48,195 bases of DNA from Spirulinaceae cyanobacterium. Lineage in GTDB: Bacteria > Cyanobacteriota > Cyanobacteriia > Cyanobacteriales > Spirulinaceae. Under the pieces are notes generated by a model that saw only the letters and a list, made by a program, of their open reading frames with translations, ran no database searches and had not been told where the DNA came from. A program made the translations under genes and the position numbers. Where the stretch lies: NCBI GenBank assembly GCA_049601735.1, contig JBMYQW010000001.1, positions 1 through 48,195 on the forward strand. The letters run 5' to 3'. Shown one piece after another: positions 15,001 to 21,000 of this stretch; within the stretch, counting starts at the first letter, position 1; the number at the start of each line of letters is the position of its first letter.

Positions 15001-18000
15001 GCCATGCATCAACCTCTGGGGTTGAGGTGAATAAAGGCGGGCGGTTAGGCACACCATCCACAACATCCAACGTATAGGTCTGAATATCAATCCCACCCCG
15101 ACCATCGCTGACCTCCACTACCACCGCATAGGTTCCCGCATCAGAGGAATCCGGAGCTGTCCAAACCAGACTCGCCTCCCCCGTCTCACTATCCGTCTCC
15201 AATACCAAATCACTCGGAGCCACTAACAACCGATAACTCAGCACATCCCCATTCGCATCCGTCGCCGCCAACGTGTAGCTGTAGTTCTGACCCACTACCG
15301 CTTCCGTATCCGGCGTCGAGGTAAACACCGGCGCTTGGTTCAACTCACCCAAGACCGTAACGTCATAGCTAAACTGTTCCCCCGTCGGATTGTAGAACTG
15401 AATCCACCCCGCCGCCGTCACCTCACCGGGGTCAAACGAGCCATCCTCGTCCACATACTGACTAAAGTCGTAGTAGGGACGACCATCAGGCAAAACCCCA
15501 TCACTCTGTAGGGGGACCACCGCCGGATCACTCAAGTTATCAATCACCACCAACAACGGCGCATCCGCTGCATAGGTCCCGCCATTCTCCAGCATCAACT
15601 CCGCAAAGAGCACTTCACTCCCAGCATTGAGACTCGTCTGCCCGTAGAGCGTATTGACACTGCTCGTGATGTTTTCAAGCAGACTAAAGTCCGTAATCGG
15701 CTCGACATCCAGGCGGCTGTTGAGCACTGCCGTTGCTGTCTCATGTCCAGTGGGAACCGCAACAAAGTTCTGGTCACTAATCCCTGCCAGCGTGACGGTG
15801 GTCGCCGTGTCCACATCGGCAACCCCATCTACAGTGCTGTCATTGTTGACCAAGCGCAGATCCAGGATCACATCTGTACCTGCGGGCAGATGAGAGACAT
15901 CAATGCTCACTTCTCCCGTGGCAGCATCATAGGTGACACCGGGCGCGAGGGCGGGGTCTTCCCCTTCCGTGAAGTTAATCAATGCGGTGCGCCCTTGACC
16001 CAAGGTATGGGTGATGGCATTGCCCTCAGCATCAAGCAGTGAGACTTCAAAGGCGTCATTAATCGCCCCTGGATTATCGGTATCAAAGACCAGACTGTTA
16101 ATCGTGAAATTGAGGAACGAGGGCTCACTGGGAATCTGGAGATCTATCTGCTCCTCTACGGTGAAGTCACTGTTCTCCGTCAATTGAATCGTCGGCAGCA
16201 GCCCCACCCGCGTGATGGTCTGGTTCAGACTGGTTTGATTGCCGGCAAGATCCTCCACTTCAATCGTGAAGTCGTTTGTCCCTTCAATCAGCTCAATGCC
16301 GCTGAAGCTGAAGTTGCCGTTGGCATCGGCGGTAGCGGTGGCTCCCGTTTCAATGAGGGTGACGCTGCTACCAGGATCGGTTTGTCCGGTGAGCGTAACG
16401 ATGCCTTGAGCCGTTTGCAGATCGCCTTGGGGGTCAGTGTCACTGCCGGGGCTCAAGCCCCAGTCCAGGCTAATGGCGCGGTCAATTTCATAGACGTAGT
16501 AGAAGAAGCTCTCGTTACCGGCGACATCCGTGGCTTTGAGTTGAAGCGTATACGACCCATCGGGCAGGGGCACACCGTTGTTGAGCTGGGCCTGTTGGGT
16601 TTCATCCAGGCTAAAGCGCCCATCGGGTTGGAAGGCGATGTCGAGGAAGGCATCTCCGTCGTTGAAGCGACCCTGTAAGTTGCTCACACCACCGGGGTCA
16701 ACCACTTGACCGTTGAGGTTGGGGTTCTTCGTCAGGCGGTCGTAGGGGTTGGCTCCTGTGTCTTCAGTCAAGGTGACGTAGATCAGGGGGCCTTTGGTGT
16801 CGGGGTCTGCGCCTTCGGGGTAGAGGATGACGTCACCGAGGGGGCCGTTGCGCCAGTCTTGGGCTGGGTCGATGTTGGCATCGATGGTATCGATGTTGGC
16901 AATCACCCCATCAAAGGTGAAGATGATGTCGTTGAAGTCTTGGTCGCCACTGGGTAGGCGGATGTCTTCGAGGACAAAGATGTTGCGACCGGCTTGGGCG
17001 GCTCCGAATTGAATTGCACCGGGGTTACTGTTGTCGTCGGGAACCAGGCTGATGTAGGTGTCGTGATTGAGCCCGTCGTAGACCGCTTGCAATGTCCGGT
17101 TACGGACGGCAATCACGCCGAAATGGTCGCCGGGGTTCATGGCGACGGTGCGGGGGCCGGGGTATGTACCTTGGTTAAAGATGCTGTCGATTTTTGCCCC
17201 TTCTTGGGGGTCGGAGATGACCAGATGTCCTTCGGTGGTGCCGGAGAGGGCGCGGCGCAGGGCTTCTTGCTCGAATGCGGGGGTTCCCAGTTGGCTGAGA
17301 TCCATTCCGGCTAGGCTGAAGATGCCCAGTTCACTCTCGTAGGAGCCGTCGTCGTAGAGATAGTCAATCGTGACTTGCCCGGTGGCATCGACGGTGAAGT
17401 AGCCTTTGCTGATGCCTGCGGGGGGAGCGGTATCTAGTTCTCGGGTAATCGTTTGGCTCTGGTTGAGGGTGTTACCCGCAGCGTCGGTGGCGGCGATGTC
17501 AAGGATGTTGTCGCCCAGGTTTAAGGCAATGTTTGTGAAGCTGAAGTTACCGCTGCTATCGGCGGTGGTGGTTTCGCCAGTGGTGGTGAGGGTGACGCTG
17601 CTATTGGGGTCGGTTTGACCGGTGAGGGTAATGCTCCCGGCGGTAGTGGTGAGATCGCCGATGGGGTCACTGTCACTGGCGGGATCAAGCCCCCAACTGA
17701 GCGTGGTGGCGGTATCGAGGGTGAAATTGAGGGTTTGGCTACCGCTGTTGCCGAGTCCGTCGGTGGCTTCGAGTTCGAGGCTGTAGCTGCCGTCGGGGAG
17801 GCTGCCGCCGTTGAGGGTGGTGAGGAAGGCCGTGTCCAGACTAAATGTGCCATCGGGGTTGAGCTGGCTGGTGATGTCGCTATAGGCACTGCCATTGAGA
17901 CTCACTTGGACGAGGCTGATGCCGTTACTGTCAGTGACTTGACCGCTGATATCGGGGCTGTGGGTGATGCCGTCGCTGGCGTCGCTACCGCTGTCGCTGG

Positions 18001-21000
18001 TGAGGTCTAGGGCAATGGCGGGAGGCGTGATGGCGGGGTCGAAGCGGTTGACGGTCTGCTCCAGGCGGACTTCGTTGCCGGCATTGTCGGTGGCGATGAT
18101 TTCAAAGGGGTTGGCTCCCAGGGCGAGGGCAATGCCGGTGAAGCTAAAGTTGCCGCTGCTATCGACGGTGGCGGTTTGACCGTCTAGGGTGATGGTGCTG
18201 CCGGGGTCGGTTTGACCGGTCAGGGTGACGGTACTTTGGTCGGTGCTGAGATCGCCATGGGGCAGGCTGTCACTGCTGGGGTCGAGTCCCCAGTTGAGGT
18301 TGAGTTGGGTGTCACGGGTATAGCCGTAGAAGTTGCTCGTCGCGTTGCCCAGGGTATCGACAGCGCGGACTTCGACGGTGCTGTTGATGCCTTCAGCCAG
18401 CGGGCCACCTCGGATGGCTTCTAGCTCGGCTTCACTGAGGCTAAAGCTGCCGTCCGGGTTGATTTGGCTGGTGATATCGGTATAGGTACTGCTGCCATCG
18501 GTGAAGCGCACTTCAACCGTGGTGATGCCGCTGGGGTCAATAACTTGTCCGGTGATGCTGCCGTCGTTGCTGAGGCGGTCGTAGGGGCTGTTGCCGTTGT
18601 CTTGGCTGAGTTTGACGAAGATGTAGGGATTCTCCGTATCTGGGCTCGTTGGCTGCGGCAGGAGGGCTTCTTCGAGGGGGCTGTTGCGCCAATCGTTGCT
18701 GGGGTTGATATGGGAATCGACTAAACCGACGTTAGCGATGACGCCTTCGATGCTGAAGATGTAGTCGTCGTAGTCTTGGTCGCCACCGGGCAGGGCGGTG
18801 TCTTCGACGGCGAAGACGTTTTGATTGTTCTGAATCGACCGTAGCTGATAGGCTCCAGGATTACTGTCATCGCTGGGAACGAGGCTGATGTAGGGGTCGG
18901 TCTGGTTCCAGTCTTTGGCTTGCTGGAGGGTGCTGGTTCGGGTGATGATGACGGCGAATTGGTCGCCGGGGGTCATGGCGAGGGTTTTGGGACCTTGATA
19001 GGAGCCGTCATTAAACAGCCCATCAACTTTCGCGCCTTCCTGGGGGTCGGAGATGACCAGATGCCCTTCGGGGGTGTTGGTGAGGGCACGACGCAGGGCT
19101 TCTTGGGTGAAGGCGAGGGTTCCCAGTTGGGTCAGATCCATCCCCGTGAGACTGAAGATGCCAATCTCGCCTTCGCGGGCTTCGCCGTCGTAGCGGTAGT
19201 CTACGGTGACTTGACCGCTGGCTTCGACGGTGAAGTAGCCTTCGCTCATCCCAGCGGGGGGAGCGGTACTGAATTCGCGGGTGAGGGTCTGGCTCTGGTT
19301 GGTGGTGTTGCCGGCGGCATCGGTGACGGTGATGTCTAACGTGTTGTCGCCCAATGCCAGGTCTACATTGCTGAAGCTGAAGTTGCCGCTGCTATCGGCG
19401 GTGGTGGTTTGTCCTGTGGTCGTAAGGGTGACGGTGCTGCCGGGGTCGGTTTGCCCGGTCAGGGTGACGCTTCGCTCGTCGGTGATTTGGTCACCGGGTG
19501 TGCCGCTGTCACTGCTGGGGTCGAGGCCCCAGGTGAGCGTGGTGGAGGTGTCGAGGGTGAAGCTGAGGGTCTGGCTGTCGCTGTTGCCGAGTCCGTCGGT
19601 GGCTTCGAGTTCGAGGCTGTAGCTGCCGTCGGGTAATGTGCCGCCGTTGAGGGTGGTGAGGAAGGCGGTATCCAGACTAAATGTGCCGTCGGGGTTGAGT
19701 TGGCTGGTGATGTCACTGTAGGCGCTGCCGTTGAGGCTCACCTGGACAAGGCTGATGCCGTTACTGTCAGTGACTTGACCGCTGATGTCGGGATTGTTTG
19801 TGATGCCGTCGCTGGGGTCGCTGCCGCTGTCGGTGGCGAGGTCTAAGGTGATTTGGGGTGGATCGCTGCCGGGTTGGGTGCGGGTGATGGTTTGCTCAAT
19901 GCGGACTTCGTTGCCAGCATTGTCGGTGGCGACAATTTCAAAGGGGTTGGCTCCCAGTTCTAGCGTCACGCCCGTGAAGCTGAAGTTACCGCTGCTATCG
20001 ACGGTGGCGGTTTGCCCGTCTAGGGTAATGGTGCTGCCGGGGTCGGTTTGACCAGTGAGCGTGACGGTGCTCTGGTCGGTTTGTAGGTCGCCAACGGGGG
20101 TGCTGTCACTGGCGGGGTCAAGCCCCCAATTGAGGTTGAGGATGGTGTCGCGCTGGTAGCCGTAGACAAAGAGGTAGGTGTTGCCCGCGGTATCGATGGC
20201 TTTGAATTCGGCCGCATTCCCGCCTTCATTGAGGGGAGCGCCTTTGATGGTCTCTAGCTGCGCCTCATCCAAACTAAACCGCCCGTTGGCGTCGAGTTGG
20301 CTGGTGATGTCGGTGTAGCCGTTGCCGCCACCAAAGACCTGGACTTCAACGCTGACCAAACCACTGGGATCGAGGATTTGTCCACTGAGTCCACCGTTGT
20401 TGCTGAGGCGGTCGAAGGGATTACTGCCGTTGTCTTGGGTCAGTCGGATGAAGCCGTAGGGAATTTCTGTGTCTGGGCTTGTCGGTTGGAGCAGGAGGGC
20501 TTCTTCCAGGGGGCTGTTGCGCCATTCTTTGCTGGGATTGATGTGGGGATCTACTAAGCCCACATTGGCGGTTGCGCCTTCAATGCTAAAAACGTAGTCG
20601 TTATAGTCCTTGTCGCCACCGGGGAGAGCGGTGTCTTCCACCGCAAAGACGTTCTGACCACTGCGGATCGCTCGCAGTTGGTAGGCACTGGCGTTGCTGT
20701 CATCGCTGGGAACAAGGCTGATGTAGGGGCTGGTCTGGTTCCAGTCTTTGGCTTGCTGGAGCGTATTGTTCCGGGTGATGATAATGCCGAAATGGTCGCC
20801 AGGGGTCATGGCAACGGTTTTGGGGCCGTTGTAGACTTCGCCACTGACATTAATCCCGTCAATCTTGGCTCCGTCTTGAGTATCGGCAATGACGGTATGC
20901 CCTTCGGTGGTGTTGGTCAGGGCGCGGCGCAGGGCTTCTTGGGTGAAGGCTAGGGTTCCCAGTTGGCTCAGATCCATCCCGCTGAGGCTAAAGAGCCCGA